From the NCBI GenBank assembly GCA_028873695.1, contig JAPPNU010000029.1:50383-114382 (forward strand): a stretch of 64,000 nt of DNA, given 5' to 3'. This stretch comes from Gemmatimonadota bacterium. Its GTDB lineage: Bacteria; Latescibacterota; UBA2968; GCA-2709665. Positions 1 to 10,296 of the stretch are shown piece after piece. Positions within the stretch are counted from its first letter, which is position 1. Each line of letters begins with the position of its first letter. The notes below the pieces were generated by a model. It was not told the origin of the DNA. It worked only from the letters and a program-made list of their open reading frames with translations, and made no database searches. A program made the position numbers and the translations under genes.

Positions 1-807
1 ACCTCGGCCACCCATGGCTACGGGAATCCATCCCTCCTGCTGGACCACGATTTCAACGTCGTCTGGGAGGTGGAGGTGGACGGCGCCGGGCATGGCGGCA
101 ATTATGCCGACGTGGACGGCGACGGGCTGGACGAACTCCTGATCGGCTTCAGCCTGTTCGACCACGACGGCAGCCCCCTGTGGTCCCACCCGCCGATGTC
201 CGATAACGACCACCTGGACGACTCCGTGATTGCCGATATCGACGACGACGGGCGGTACGAATTCGCCCTCGCCCACGACGGGCACGATGCGGTCGTACAC
301 AATTCGGACGGGACCGTGCGGTTCACCGTTCCGATGCACCACTGCCAGAACATCCTGCCGGGAAGATTCTTCAAGGGCGAGCCGGGGCTTCAACTGGCCT
401 TTGTGGACAAGGCGATGGGACGCCCGGAGGAAAGGGAAGCCGCGATCGTCAACGCCGGCGGCCGCGAGTTGTCGCGCCACCGGACGATGGGCTACTACTC
501 GGTCATTTCGTGGGCGACCGATCTGGGCACAGACAGCCTGATGCGCCTGGAATGGCCGGCCCGGTCCGACGCCGAACATCGCGTGGTGTGGGTGGACCCC
601 ACGGGCAGGGAACTCGCGAGGCTGAAAGCCAGGGAGAACTTCCACGACCGGTTTCAGAAATTCGGTCTCGAGTCATTTCCCGCCGGGGGCCGTTACTTCG
701 GGACGTGCCATAACTCGACCATCGGAGACGTCGACGGAGATGGGCTCGATGAGTACCTTGTAACCGATCGAGAAAAGGTGTGGGTCTTCAAACAGCCGCG
801 ACTTTAA
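1..807 (+). CDS. FG-GAP/VCBS-type repeat protein, C-terminal part (5' end lies outside the window)
   Basis: Frame 1 is open from nt 1, so the listed Met at 70 is probably internal. There are two 'DVDGDGLDE' FG-GAP-like calcium-binding repeats. Stop at 805-807. Confidence 0.6.
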   Translation, partial: TSATHGYGNPSLLLDHDFNVVWEVEVDGAGHGGNYADVDGDGLDELLIGFSLFDHDGSPLWSHPPMSDNDHLDDSVIADIDDDGRYEFALAHDGHDAVVHNSDGTVRFTVPMHHCQNILPGRFFKGEPGLQLAFVDKAMGRPEEREAAIVNAGGRELSRHRTMGYYSVISWATDLGTDSLMRLEWPARSDAEHRVVWVDPTGRELARLKARENFHDRFQKFGLESFPAGGRYFGTCHNSTIGDVDGDGLDEYLVTDREKVWVFKQPRL

Positions 808-835
808 CGTTGATTCGAACGGGGCGAACGATCGT

Positions 836-1453
836 CTAGTCGAAATACTCGTCTTCGCTGAATTTCGTCCAGGATTTGAAAACAGGAAACGGCGACGGCA
901 GGTTACCGTCCGGGTCGTTAACCTTGAACGAAATCCTCCCGCTGTCGAAAAGGTCCCTGATCGAAATGGAAACGCCCGAGGTTGAAATACAGTTGTCGCA
1001 CTTCTCGGGGAATGACTGTGCAGAATTCGGCGCGACGAAGGAAATCCTGAATTCCGAACCGTTGCCTGCCCTTTCAATTCGATAAGCTTTCGCCCCGACC
1101 TCCCATTCGTTGACGGCATGGCCGTCCCTGGCATACTGGGCCCAGAGGTTGAACCCGCCGGTAAAATCGAGGATGACGCCCTTTCTCGGACTCGCGTCCC
1201 TGGAAGGTTCGAACTGGCGAAAAGACCGACCATCCATCGTTGTCCTGATTCGTTCTTCCTCATCCGCGCTCACCGGTTCGAACGGACCGTTTTCACCGCA
1301 TGACGTCGCGAACAACAAAGCACACAGCGACGCCAACAGCGCAATCCACCCACGTTTCCACGCAACAATCCGTTCGACATTGGACGTCGCGCCACGGATC
1401 ACTTCAAAGGCCGCTTCGGGCGTCACGCGGATTCTCACGGATTCGTCAGACAT
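836..1453 (-). CDS. hypothetical lipoprotein
   Basis: Lies within ORF 836..1624. The internal ATG at 1453 is preceded by GGAGGAAATC. It has a hydrophobic signal plus a lipobox-like 'LLFATSC'. The longer start would overlap the divergent gene at 1599. Confidence 0.5.
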   Translation of the reverse strand: MSDESVRIRVTPEAAFEVIRGATSNVERIVAWKRGWIALLASLCALLFATSCGENGPFEPVSADEEERIRTTMDGRSFRQFEPSRDASPRKGVILDFTGGFNLWAQYARDGHAVNEWEVGAKAYRIERAGNGSEFRISFVAPNSAQSFPEKCDNCISTSGVSISIRDLFDSGRISFKVNDPDGNLPSPFPVFKSWTKFSEDEYFD

Positions 1454-1598
1454 GATTTCCTCCTTCGTTCGACCCGGCATCCGTCCTGCAGGTCCGGACG
1501 CCGCAGATACGACGCGTCTTCGACACTGAATGAGAAATATACCCAAACCTACGGAAGGGTTCAACCCGGCGGTCCCGACGACCTGAGAGGAATGCCCC

Positions 1599-3008
1599 AT
1601 GACTCCTGACGCGATTCTGAACAAGGTCTGCGATTCGATCGACGTGCTGGTTGAGGCAGGAAAGCCCTATGGGGGTCTGTTTCCGTCATTGCTGGATTTC
1701 GAGACGCACCGGATGTTGACGGAACTGCCCCCGCCGATCCACGGACAGCGCATGGGCGACCGCGCTTTTCCGGGCAGCAATCTCATGCACGACCAGCACG
1801 TGCTCAAGATCATGTATGCCCTGGACCGCGACGGTTACCGGGACGCGGCCGACCGGTACCTGCGCCGGTTCGCGGTCCATTGCACCGATACGGTTACCGG
1901 CCTGTTCCCGTGGGGCGAGCACGCGTACTGGCACCTTGAGGAGGACCGTGTGGGCGACAGCCACCGGCTGGCCCTTCCGGACAAGGCGCCCGGCACCACG
2001 CTGCACGACCATCTGCGGCAGGCGCCCGTCTGGCTGTGGGAAAAGCTGCATGGCTTCAACCCCCGCTGCGTCGAGCGGTTTGCCGAAGGGCTGGATTACC
2101 ACTATAAGGACGGTGAGCCCAGAGAATATATCCGGCACGCCCACGTCGAGCGGAGGGAGCGCCTGGAACGCGGAGCGGCCTCCTCGGATTTCCCCCGCCA
2201 CGGCGGGTTCTACATTCTGGACTGGTCGTTCGCCTACCGGAAGTTGTCGCGCGCGGATTTTCTGAAGCAGGTCGAGATAATGCTGGACTACTGGTGGCCC
2301 CACAGGGATCCCTCCGGTCTTCTGCCGTCGATGACGCGAGGCCCTGAAGCGCCGGCGCCCATGCACAGCGCGAACACCCCGGCGCAGACGGTCTCTCTTG
2401 CGGCCAGCCTGCTGGAAGCCGCCGAACTCCTCGACGGAAGCCCGCCAGTGCTGATCGACCGGATGCGGAAGCGCGCCCGCGCGTATATCGGCGGGTTTCT
2501 GTCGGCCCCCCACGATCCGGACGCCGGCGTCTTCGTATCCGCATGCCGTCGTCGGACGAATGAGGTTGTGAATACCAACCCCGTCTGGGGAAGCGTCTAC
2601 GGAAACTGGCCGCTGGCTTACGTGGCTCTGATCGCCCTGTGCATCTATAGACTTACGGAGGATGAACGTCTGCTGGACTGGGCGGAGGGCGCGGCACGCT
2701 GGCATTCCAGGACCCCCTTCCCCGAAGGCGTCCCGGTCCCGGCGATGGACGCCGGCCTCGCGATCGAGTTGCTTGCCGACCTCTACGATCTCACCCGTGA
2801 CGCCGCTTGGCTGGAACGGGGCCTGAAACTGGCCCGGACGTTGATTCCCATCTATATGGACGGAGAGCTCGTGCGAGGCGCGGCGGGTATCGACTGGTAC
2901 GAGTCCCAGATGGTTCCGGGGGACCTGCTGCACGGCATGTCGAGGCTGGCGTTGCTCGCAACGCACGGCGATGCGTGTTCCCTGACAACGAACTATACCG
3001 CGAAGTGA
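1599..3008 (+). CDS. hypothetical protein (no motif I can name)
   Basis: 469-aa ORF with coding-like composition. The antisense ORF 1686..2966 is Arg/Pro/Gly-rich and was judged a shadow ORF. Confidence 0.5.
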   Translation: MTPDAILNKVCDSIDVLVEAGKPYGGLFPSLLDFETHRMLTELPPPIHGQRMGDRAFPGSNLMHDQHVLKIMYALDRDGYRDAADRYLRRFAVHCTDTVTGLFPWGEHAYWHLEEDRVGDSHRLALPDKAPGTTLHDHLRQAPVWLWEKLHGFNPRCVERFAEGLDYHYKDGEPREYIRHAHVERRERLERGAASSDFPRHGGFYILDWSFAYRKLSRADFLKQVEIMLDYWWPHRDPSGLLPSMTRGPEAPAPMHSANTPAQTVSLAASLLEAAELLDGSPPVLIDRMRKRARAYIGGFLSAPHDPDAGVFVSACRRRTNEVVNTNPVWGSVYGNWPLAYVALIALCIYRLTEDERLLDWAEGAARWHSRTPFPEGVPVPAMDAGLAIELLADLYDLTRDAAWLERGLKLARTLIPIYMDGELVRGAAGIDWYESQMVPGDLLHGMSRLALLATHGDACSLTTNYTAK

Positions 3009-3016
3009 GGCACAAC

Positions 3017-4066
3017 ATGGATGGAAAGACGTTCAGGCTGTGGGCGGGAGGCGACGCGCACGTGGGCACGGACCTGGCGGCGGGCAATCGCCGGAGTCTG
3101 GCCGATGCCATCATGCAGGCCGAAATGGGCGGCGCGGAAGGCGGGCCGACGTTCGAGTGGGACATCATGCTGGATATCGGCGACCTGTCGGGGTCGCAAA
3201 CGCCGCCGGGCGACGAAGAAGGGCAAGAGGTCGTCCGGCAGTACAGCGCGTCGACCCTTCACGCCCGTGAAGACTTCTACAATATCGTCGGCAACCACGA
3301 CGCGAGCGGCCCTGACGAGCCGTGCCAGTGGTGGTTTCGAAAATGGGTGGACCCCACCGGGGAGAATACCGGATACTCGAACGTCCACGCCGGCAGGCGG
3401 CCGTATCCGATCGAAGGAACCTGGGAGCGATATTCGTTTCAGGTTGGGAATATCCTCTTTCTGGCCATGGGAGACCGGAACGACGGCGGGCCGCCGGTGG
3501 GTCGGGCCGAAAGAGGCGGGTTTCCGGCCGGCGCGGTGACGCGGGAGACCTTCGAATGGTGGAAGAAGAAAGTAGAAGCGAACCGGGACAAGATCATCGT
3601 GACGGCGCACCACCATATGTTGAAGAACACGACGGTGGCATCCGGCCCCTGGGAAGGCGTGGACGCCGGATATCACGGCCGGTTCGAAGATGGCGCGCCC
3701 ATAGGCGCGTCCTACCTCTATTTTGTAGGGGGAATACCGGACGCCGGGGCATTCGAGTCCTACCTTGAAGCGCATCCGGGTGCGATCGACCTCTGGCTGG
3801 GCGGTCATACGCATACGAATCCGGACGACACCCACGGCGGCCGGTCCCACGTGGAGCGGAAATGGGGAGTAACCTTCGTCAACGTGGCGGCGATTTCCCG
3901 ATATCACGGAAAGAAGAATATCTCAATGAGCAGGCTGCTGACGTTTTCGGAAGGGGCGTCGGAGGTCAATATCAGGTGCTACCTTCATATGAGCGACTAC
4001 GCGCCCCAGGGGTGGTACGACAGGGCCGAGCGGTCGGCGCCGCTTCGGAAGGCATTCTCATATTGA
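3017..4066 (+). CDS. calcineurin-like metallophosphoesterase
   Basis: Motifs occur in canonical order: 'GDAHVG', 'GDLS', 'GNHD', 'TAHHH', 'GGHTH'. The ATG at 3017 follows the stop of the upstream gene. The listed ORF start at 2807 overlaps that gene. Confidence 0.75.
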   Translation: MDGKTFRLWAGGDAHVGTDLAAGNRRSLADAIMQAEMGGAEGGPTFEWDIMLDIGDLSGSQTPPGDEEGQEVVRQYSASTLHAREDFYNIVGNHDASGPDEPCQWWFRKWVDPTGENTGYSNVHAGRRPYPIEGTWERYSFQVGNILFLAMGDRNDGGPPVGRAERGGFPAGAVTRETFEWWKKKVEANRDKIIVTAHHHMLKNTTVASGPWEGVDAGYHGRFEDGAPIGASYLYFVGGIPDAGAFESYLEAHPGAIDLWLGGHTHTNPDDTHGGRSHVERKWGVTFVNVAAISRYHGKKNISMSRLLTFSEGASEVNIRCYLHMSDYAPQGWYDRAERSAPLRKAFSY

Positions 4067-4081
4067 CTGGCGGAGCCAGAG

Positions 4082-5047
4082 ATGAAGACATTCGAGATCG
4101 ACGGCCGGGACAAACGGGGACCCATCCGGCTGAGCATCGAGGCCGACAATCAGTTCGACGGCGGGGGGCGGTGGCTTCGGGGCGGACTTCACTCCCACGT
4201 GGCGCAGATGGGCGATTCCCGCGTAGTATGCGAGCACTACAGGAACCTGGGATTCGATTTCCTTGCGACAACGGACTACCTCAGCATCACGCCGATGCCC
4301 GAAGCAACGGAAGCCTTCCTGACCGTTCCCGGAGCCGAGGTTTTCTGCCCTGAAGGGGACGACCTGACCCATATCATTTGCCTGGGCCTGCGGCATCTGC
4401 CTCAACCGTTGGACGGCACGGTGGAAGACGTCTCCCGCCTGGTTCGGGACACCGAGGCGCAGGGCGGACTGGCCGTGCTGGCGCATCCCGCCTGGAGCGA
4501 CTATACCTGGGAGAAAGCGTTTGCCCTGGCAAAGTCCGGGCTGGTAGGCCTGGAGGTGAGCAACAGGCTGACCTGGCAGATCAATGGCAAGGAGCGTTCC
4601 GAGGAACTGTGGCAGATGCTCATCAACGCGGGCATCCGCCTGGCCGCGATCGGCGTGGACGATGCGATCGTGCTGGAGGATGGTGACGTGACCGGGCGGA
4701 CCTGGACCGGCGTGCTCGTACGGAGACCGGGCGTGGAGGGCATATTGGAAGGTATTCGCGCGCATCGGACTTACGCCAGCGAGGGGCCCGCGATTCACGA
4801 TTTCCGAATCGAAACGCGGGGCGCGGTCGTCGTGGAATGCAGCCCGTGCATGGCGTGCCACATCCGGTCGAAGGGATTCGGCGTCCGCAGCGTGCAGGCT
4901 GCGGCGCCTTCCAAACTGTTCGAGGTCGACCTCGCCGTGGACGGTTACCGCATGCGGGACTGGGTATTCGCGTGCGTGGAGGACGAAACCGGACGCCGCG
5001 CCTGGACCAGCGCCATACCCGTTTGCGTTGAGAAAACATCACTTTAG
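4082..5047 (+). CDS. PHP/CehA-like metal-dependent hydrolase (tentative)
   Basis: N-terminal 'GGLHSHV', then 'ATTDY' and 'LAHPAW' His/Asp motifs. GGAG lies upstream of the ATG. Confidence 0.4.
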   Translation: MKTFEIDGRDKRGPIRLSIEADNQFDGGGRWLRGGLHSHVAQMGDSRVVCEHYRNLGFDFLATTDYLSITPMPEATEAFLTVPGAEVFCPEGDDLTHIICLGLRHLPQPLDGTVEDVSRLVRDTEAQGGLAVLAHPAWSDYTWEKAFALAKSGLVGLEVSNRLTWQINGKERSEELWQMLINAGIRLAAIGVDDAIVLEDGDVTGRTWTGVLVRRPGVEGILEGIRAHRTYASEGPAIHDFRIETRGAVVVECSPCMACHIRSKGFGVRSVQAAAPSKLFEVDLAVDGYRMRDWVFACVEDETGRRAWTSAIPVCVEKTSL

Positions 5048-5062
5048 TCCCGGGAGGACAGG

Positions 5063-7078
5063 ATGAAAAGGACCATTCGACGGACGGCGATGCTGCACTT
5101 TGAGCGTGCGAGCTTTTCCCGGGACTACGTGAAGTGGGTCGGTGAGGAGGGGTTTACGGACATCGGATTGGGACTGAAACCCGACGACGATAAGATGACA
5201 GGGCAGGGATACGTCTGGGAAAAGGTCTGCCGGCTGGCGGAATGGGCCGGGGAATTCGAGCTTGGCGTGATCGTATTCACGGGATACATGAAATACCGCG
5301 AGACGTTTCTGCGGACCCACCCGGAACGCAGCCTCGTGTGCGTCGGGGGAAGCGGTACAGCCCTAGACAGCGACAATATCGTGAGGACACGGTGGCTCTG
5401 TCCGTTCCAGCCCGAGAACAAGGCGGAATACGTGGATCTGATTCACAAAGTGATCCGGCTGCCGGCACTCCGGGAAATCCATCTCAACGACGAGGCCGAG
5501 ATCGGGTTCTCGAACGGAGACGTGGGCTGCTACTGCGAGCACTGTGTCGCGTAATACGAACGCGACTCCGGCGAGCCGCCGCCGAGGGAGGTCGACTGGT
5601 CGTCCCCGTCCTGGTGGCGGTGGGTGCAGCACCGCATGGAGGCCTGGACCGCCGTTCACGCCTGGTTTCGCGAGGGAATCAAGAAGGTGCGGCCGGACGT
5701 CGTGGTGGGCATCCAGCATTCGCCTAAAGTGGTGACCTTCAACGACAATCCCTGGCTGTCCGGCATCGACCTGTCCCGCGACGCGGAAGCCATGGACGTA
5801 CTGTGTACCGACCCGTACCACCACATTCACTATTCTCATTTTACCTATCGTCCCATGCGCCGCATTCAGGCGGAAGCGACGCGCGCGCTGGCCGGAGCGA
5901 CGGTCGGGCGTTCCCTGTTCATCTATCCCCAGGGCTTCATGCCGCCCTCCGGGAGCCTGGAGTTGACGCGCCGGGACGGCTTCATGGCCGGGGCCGTGCC
6001 GTTCGCGCTGGGCGCGGAGAATATTTCGCCCTACACGTTCGATCTTTGCCAGATTATCCCGGGTTACTACGACGGTCTGAAGGACGCCGCGCGGCTGATT
6101 CCCTACTTTGAGAAAACGCGGCCTTACAGCGCCGCCACGTTGATCAAGCCCTCCCAGACGGAAATCTACGGGTATCCCGACAAACGATGGGGCCGGGAGG
6201 TCCTGGCGATCTGGCCGGACGTGATGAACCAGGTGGGGTTGCCCTGGCGATGGGTTTTCGACCGGCGGCTTCCAGATGCCGGCGATGCGTTGAGCGGCCC
6301 GGTCATCCTGCCGGACACCCACTGCCTGACGCGTGAACAGCGCTCCGTACTGGAATCGCATTCGGACGGAGGTAATGGGCTGCTCCGGGTGGGGCGGACG
6401 CCGTCCGGCGACTGGTCGGGCGAAGGCGCGCATCCGCCCCCCTCCGGCGACGAGACGGGGTTCTCGGAATTGAAGCCGGTCGATCCCGGCCATCCGCTGC
6501 TCGACGGTATCGATGCGCCCATCATGCTGGGGTCGGCGTTCCTGGAACCCGGTCTCGAAGGGGAAACGATCGCCGAAGTGGACGGGCGACCCGCTCTCGT
6601 AGCGGCCGAGTCCGACGGGCGGCGTGAGGTCTGGCTGGCGGGAACGCCCCTGTACAACTACGTGGAACCCGGAGACCACGGAGCCGTACGGACGCCTACG
6701 GGCGGGATGTCACTCTTGCGGAACGCGCTGGCGTGGCTGTCGGCCGAAGCGCCCGCGGCGAGGTTGTGGCCGTATCCTCCAAAAAACGACTACGGAGAAC
6801 TGCGTCCCTGGGACCGCCGGGACGTGCCGACGATGGAACTGTTTCCGAGTCTGGGAGACGGGTGCCTCGTCGGTCTGATCTTCAACTACCTGGGGCTGGC
6901 CTACGAGACGAATCTGGAGATGCGGGTTCCGGAAGGCGCGGCGGCAACAAGGCTGGTGGATATCTATTCCGGCGAGGATCTGATGGGATCCACGGCGGTC
7001 GACGGCCAGGTCGTCCGGTTGCCGGTAGATATGCCCGGCGACCGGGACTTCCTGGCGGTTGAACTGCAATGGGAGTAA
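5063..7078 (+). pseudogene. paralog of the 30163..32178 gene, interrupted by one in-frame TAA (5552-5554). Listed as two ORFs, 5063..5554 and 5624..7078.
   Basis: Both listed ORFs are in the same frame. Read through the stop, the sequence aligns end to end with the 677-aa paralog. 'GDVGCYCEHCVA*YERDSGEPPPREVDWSSPSWWRWVQHRM' aligns with 'GDVGCYCDYCVSEYEEEYGTPPPADFDWASEAWWAWVQRRM', so TAA sits where the paralog has GAA. Confidence 0.7.
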
Positions 7079-7098
7079 TGGTTCAGGGCCGGACCTAC

Positions 7099-7134
7099 CC
7101 CCTGACCCCCTTCCTGAATGAAGGGGGTCAGGGG
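7099..7134 (+). terminator. 12-bp perfect hairpin just after the 7078 stop
   Basis: cccctgaccccc (7099-7110) pairs with gggggtcagggg (7123-7134) around a 12-nt loop. The T-tract is weak. Confidence 0.45.
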
Positions 7135-7201
7135 TTCCTTGATGTCTCGTCCTTGCGTAAAACCGGCGATGAGGTTTTCCGGTCTATTAGCGTTTTTATG
7201 C

Positions 7202-7224
7202 CAAGGCGTCAACGCCTTGTTTTG
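7202..7224 (+). terminator. intrinsic-terminator-like hairpin
   Basis: caaggcg-tcaa-cgccttg followed by tttt. Confidence 0.5.
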
Positions 7225-7290
7225 CTTGTCTCCCCCTTTCCTTTAGGAGAGGGGGCCGGGAGGAGAGGTCTGCGGGGCCGGGAGGATGGG

Positions 7291-7355
7291 TTGCTTTTGG
7301 TCTTGCATTACGCTTTTGATTTTTGCTGACGGCTGATGGCTGAGAGCTGATGGCT
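7291..7355 (-). repeat. copy (inverted orientation) of a dispersed intergenic repeat, also present at 38825-38996
   Basis: The reverse complement reads tcagccgtcagcaaaaatcaaaagcgtaatgcaag. This aligns with tcagccgtcagctaaaagcaaaggcgaagggcaaag at 38845-38880. It is preceded by gctga(c/t)ggct heptad-like repeats. Confidence 0.6.
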
Positions 7356-7431
7356 CCCTGCGAACGAGAGTTCCAACCTGCTACCGTGAAGTCAACTCAA
7401 ACATGCCCATAAACCACGGAGGAACCAAACC

Positions 7432-8277
7432 ATGTCCGATCGAGCCGACGCGCATATCCATCTGTTCGAGGGAGGCTACCAGAATTCCTTTATGAAGCGG
7501 CTGAACCGGCCCGTCGATGAAGCCGTCGTCTACGCATCGCTGGCGAATGACCACGGGGTGAAGGCCGCGTTGATCGTTGGGTACGCGGACGTTCCATGGG
7601 CGGCGGAGAATACCCGCTATCTCACGCAAATGGTCGCGGAGTACGACTGGGTGTACCCCGCGGCTTATTTCGACCCCTCGGAACCGCCCACGATCGAAGC
7701 GTTGGCGCAACTTCACGCAGACGGATTCGTGGGCGTTAGCTTTTATATTTTCGGACCCGAACGCGTGGACGCGCTCCTCGCGATATCCGACGAGGTCTGG
7801 CAGTGGTTGGTTTCCGGGCGTTGGCTCGTGAGCGTCAACTCGAAGGGCGACGACTGGAACGCCTGGCAGGACGTCCTCGGGCGGCATCCGGAGTTGCGTC
7901 TCGTCGCGTCCCACCTGGGCCTGCCGCCCAGACAGGCGGAAGCGCCCGGCCCCGAGGAGGCCCGATCCGCGATGGCCAACGTGCTGTCGCTGGCGGAATT
8001 CCCCCAGTCGCGTGTCAAGCTGAGCGGCTTCTACGCGCTGTCCGATCCGGGTCACGACTATCCGCACCGCGCGGCCTGGCCGTACGTGGAAGCCCTGCTG
8101 GATGCCTTCGGCGCTGGTCGTTTGCTCTGGGCGTCCGATTATTCGCCCTGCCTGGACTGCCTGACGTTCCCACAGACCTACGACCTGTTTTCGAAAATGC
8201 CGTTCCTCACCGACGATGACCGGACGCGGATCGAAGGATCGAATCTTCTCGCGCTGCTGGAGGACGTCGAGAATTGA
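7432..8277 (+). CDS. amidohydrolase-family (amidohydrolase_2-like) metal-dependent hydrolase
   Basis: N-terminal 'DAHIHLF' (HxH) and C-terminal 'WASDYSP' Asp motif. GGAGGAA lies upstream of the ATG. Confidence 0.7.
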   Translation: MSDRADAHIHLFEGGYQNSFMKRLNRPVDEAVVYASLANDHGVKAALIVGYADVPWAAENTRYLTQMVAEYDWVYPAAYFDPSEPPTIEALAQLHADGFVGVSFYIFGPERVDALLAISDEVWQWLVSGRWLVSVNSKGDDWNAWQDVLGRHPELRLVASHLGLPPRQAEAPGPEEARSAMANVLSLAEFPQSRVKLSGFYALSDPGHDYPHRAAWPYVEALLDAFGAGRLLWASDYSPCLDCLTFPQTYDLFSKMPFLTDDDRTRIEGSNLLALLEDVEN

Positions 8278-8300
8278 GCCGGACGACGTCTCGAAACGAA

Positions 8301-9125
8301 ATGAAGCGCCCCGGAAAGGAGAACCCCTTGAAATTATCGCTGTCCGGCCGGCTGATTGAAGTGACGAAACAGTCCTATGCGATGCCGGTGGAAGCATTCC
8401 TGCAGCTTACGGTCAGCGCGGGCTATGAGGGCGTGCATCTGAGGGACGGTCAGATCGATCACCTCATCAGGGACGAACGTTTCGATGAAGTCGAAGCCCT
8501 CTATGCCGGACACGGGCTGGGCTGCAGCATGCTCTGGGGACGGCTGGATTCAGCTTCGTTCGACGGGGACCTGACCAGGAAGAAACTGGCGCTCCTGCCG
8601 CGCGTCGGACTGGACCAGCTGATGATCGGGTATCCCACGGACGTCGAACTGATCCGTGAATGGTGCGACCTGGCGGCACGGCAGGAAATCACGCTTGTCA
8701 TCGCCTGTCATTTCAACAGCATGTTCGAGGATATCCTCCGCGCCCGCGATTTCGTCAGGAAGGTGGACCGCCCGAACCTCGGGCTGAACGTCGATCCGTT
8801 GAATATCCACATGGCCGGGCAGGACTACGGCCTGGACACCCTGGAACAGGTGAGAGACCTGCTGAGCATCGTCAACGTACAGGGCGGCGTGCTGCACCAG
8901 GGCGAGCAGACCATCCGCAGGTACTACAGAAAGTCCACGCCGACGTTCCGCAGGGCATACCTGTGCGACGAGGACCATCTCGACATCCCGCAATTCATAT
9001 CGAATCTGAAAGCCATCGGATATGAAGGTTACGTCAACGTCCTGGAGCCGTATTCGAAGGACGACGACCTCTCTCACGTGGCGTCGCAAACGGCGCGCTT
9101 GCTGAAGGGATATATCGATCGATGA
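8301..9125 (+). CDS. sugar phosphate isomerase/epimerase (xylose-isomerase-like TIM barrel)
   Basis: Length and pattern are typical of the AP_endonuc_2/TIM-barrel family ('GYEGVHLR', 'NLGLNVDPLN', 'GYEGYVNVLEP'). The start is uncertain: TTG 8274 overlaps the upstream stop, and there is an ATG at 8301. Confidence 0.6.
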   Translation: MKRPGKENPLKLSLSGRLIEVTKQSYAMPVEAFLQLTVSAGYEGVHLRDGQIDHLIRDERFDEVEALYAGHGLGCSMLWGRLDSASFDGDLTRKKLALLPRVGLDQLMIGYPTDVELIREWCDLAARQEITLVIACHFNSMFEDILRARDFVRKVDRPNLGLNVDPLNIHMAGQDYGLDTLEQVRDLLSIVNVQGGVLHQGEQTIRRYYRKSTPTFRRAYLCDEDHLDIPQFISNLKAIGYEGYVNVLEPYSKDDDLSHVASQTARLLKGYIDR

Positions 9126-9242
9126 CGAATCCTTCCGCCAGCCGACCGAATTCGCCCGGTGTGAGCTCGACAGGGAGATTTGTCTTCAACCCGGCTGAAA
9201 AAGACTTGACAAAGCTAATATCACATATTAATTGCTACCAAT

Positions 9243-10007
9243 ATGATAGAATTTCGCCGGGCAGTGACTGCTGACCAGCTGAAGCCGGTTTCCAGAGAGA
9301 AACTGGCGGATCAGGTCGTCACGATTCTCAAACGGTTCATTTATGTCGAATCGTTAAATGCCGGTGACAAGTTGCCGCCTGAACGAAAACTGGCCGCGAA
9401 TCTGGGCGTCAGCTACCGGGTCATCCGCGAGGCGCTCTCCATCCTTGCGTCCGAAGACATCGTTGTCAGGGAGCAGGGGCGGGGCACATTTGTCAGATCC
9501 ACGGTTGGAATGGGCAACGGAGATGGTCATCTCTCTGTTTTCCCATCGATTTCAAGCCGATCCGACATCTATGCATTGCGGATCGCCGTGGAAATGGCAG
9601 CCGCTGCGCTTGCGGCCGAAAATGCCACGGAGGAGGACCTGTCGGAACTGAAATCGATTGCTGACTTCAAGGAACATGACTTCGGTCAGGGCATGATGTC
9701 GTATGAAATTCGCTTTCATCGTGCTCTGCTTCGGGCAACCCACAACCCGATGCTGAAGGGATTCGAGGATCTAATCGCCGAGGCGCTGCGCCTCAAGGCA
9801 TACGATATAGATATACCCGTATTCGGCGAACGCCATCCCACACGCGAATTCGGCAAGGTCGCCATCGCTGAGCATCGAGAACTGGTTGACGCGCTATCCA
9901 AACGAGACGGCGCGACGGCAACAGCAGTCATGTTCAGGCAGATGGACAGCGTACGCGCGCTGATCCATGGTCTGGAGCGGAAGGGCGACGGTGAGATTCT
10001 TCAGTGA
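9243..10007 (+). CDS. GntR/FadR-family transcriptional regulator (wHTH + FCD domain)
   Basis: 'LPPERKLAANLGVSYRVIREALSILASEDIVVREQGRGTFV' is a classical GntR HTH. The C-terminal helical FCD-like domain contains 'FHRALL'. Confidence 0.85.
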   Translation: MIEFRRAVTADQLKPVSREKLADQVVTILKRFIYVESLNAGDKLPPERKLAANLGVSYRVIREALSILASEDIVVREQGRGTFVRSTVGMGNGDGHLSVFPSISSRSDIYALRIAVEMAAAALAAENATEEDLSELKSIADFKEHDFGQGMMSYEIRFHRALLRATHNPMLKGFEDLIAEALRLKAYDIDIPVFGERHPTREFGKVAIAEHRELVDALSKRDGATATAVMFRQMDSVRALIHGLERKGDGEILQ

Positions 10008-10296
10008 AACGGGTCCCATCCCGTTCCAGCGTGGTTACGCATCGCGTGACAGTCACGTACGAGATTAAAGACGTCAGCCCTCCCATTCCGATTACCCGGA
10101 CGTGGCGGCTCCGAGAATTGGCAGCGGGATCTGTCGTTGATACACGTGCCGCCGTGCAATCGAACATTACGCATAGACCACGGACAACCACACATAAGGA
10201 GGTGATGATCCGACGGGATTGAAGGTGCGTTTTACAAAATGGCGCCGGAGTGTCCGGATGTCGCTCGTGACATCTGAAATTTGAAGGAGGTCGAAT

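Noticed and set aside
1686-2966. Long antisense or overlapping ORFs throughout the GC-rich part. Examples: 1686..2966(-), 5363..6679(-), 15048..16394(-), 17972..19285(-), 20235..21650(+), 26568..27803(-), 30133..31779(-), 32148..33467(-), 33373..34620(-), 36176..37339(-), 37514..38536(-).
   Set aside because: Their translations are Arg/Pro/Gly/Ala-rich and motif-free, and they lie opposite ORFs with clear family motifs and RBS-linked starts. This is the typical shadow-ORF behaviour of high-GC DNA.
9206-9234. Sigma70 promoter for the GntR gene (TTGACA at 9206-9211).
   Set aside because: The -35 hexamer is perfect, but no convincing -10 lies at 16-18 nt (taattg or ttaatt), and the ATG would be almost leaderless. 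This is too weak to list as a feature.
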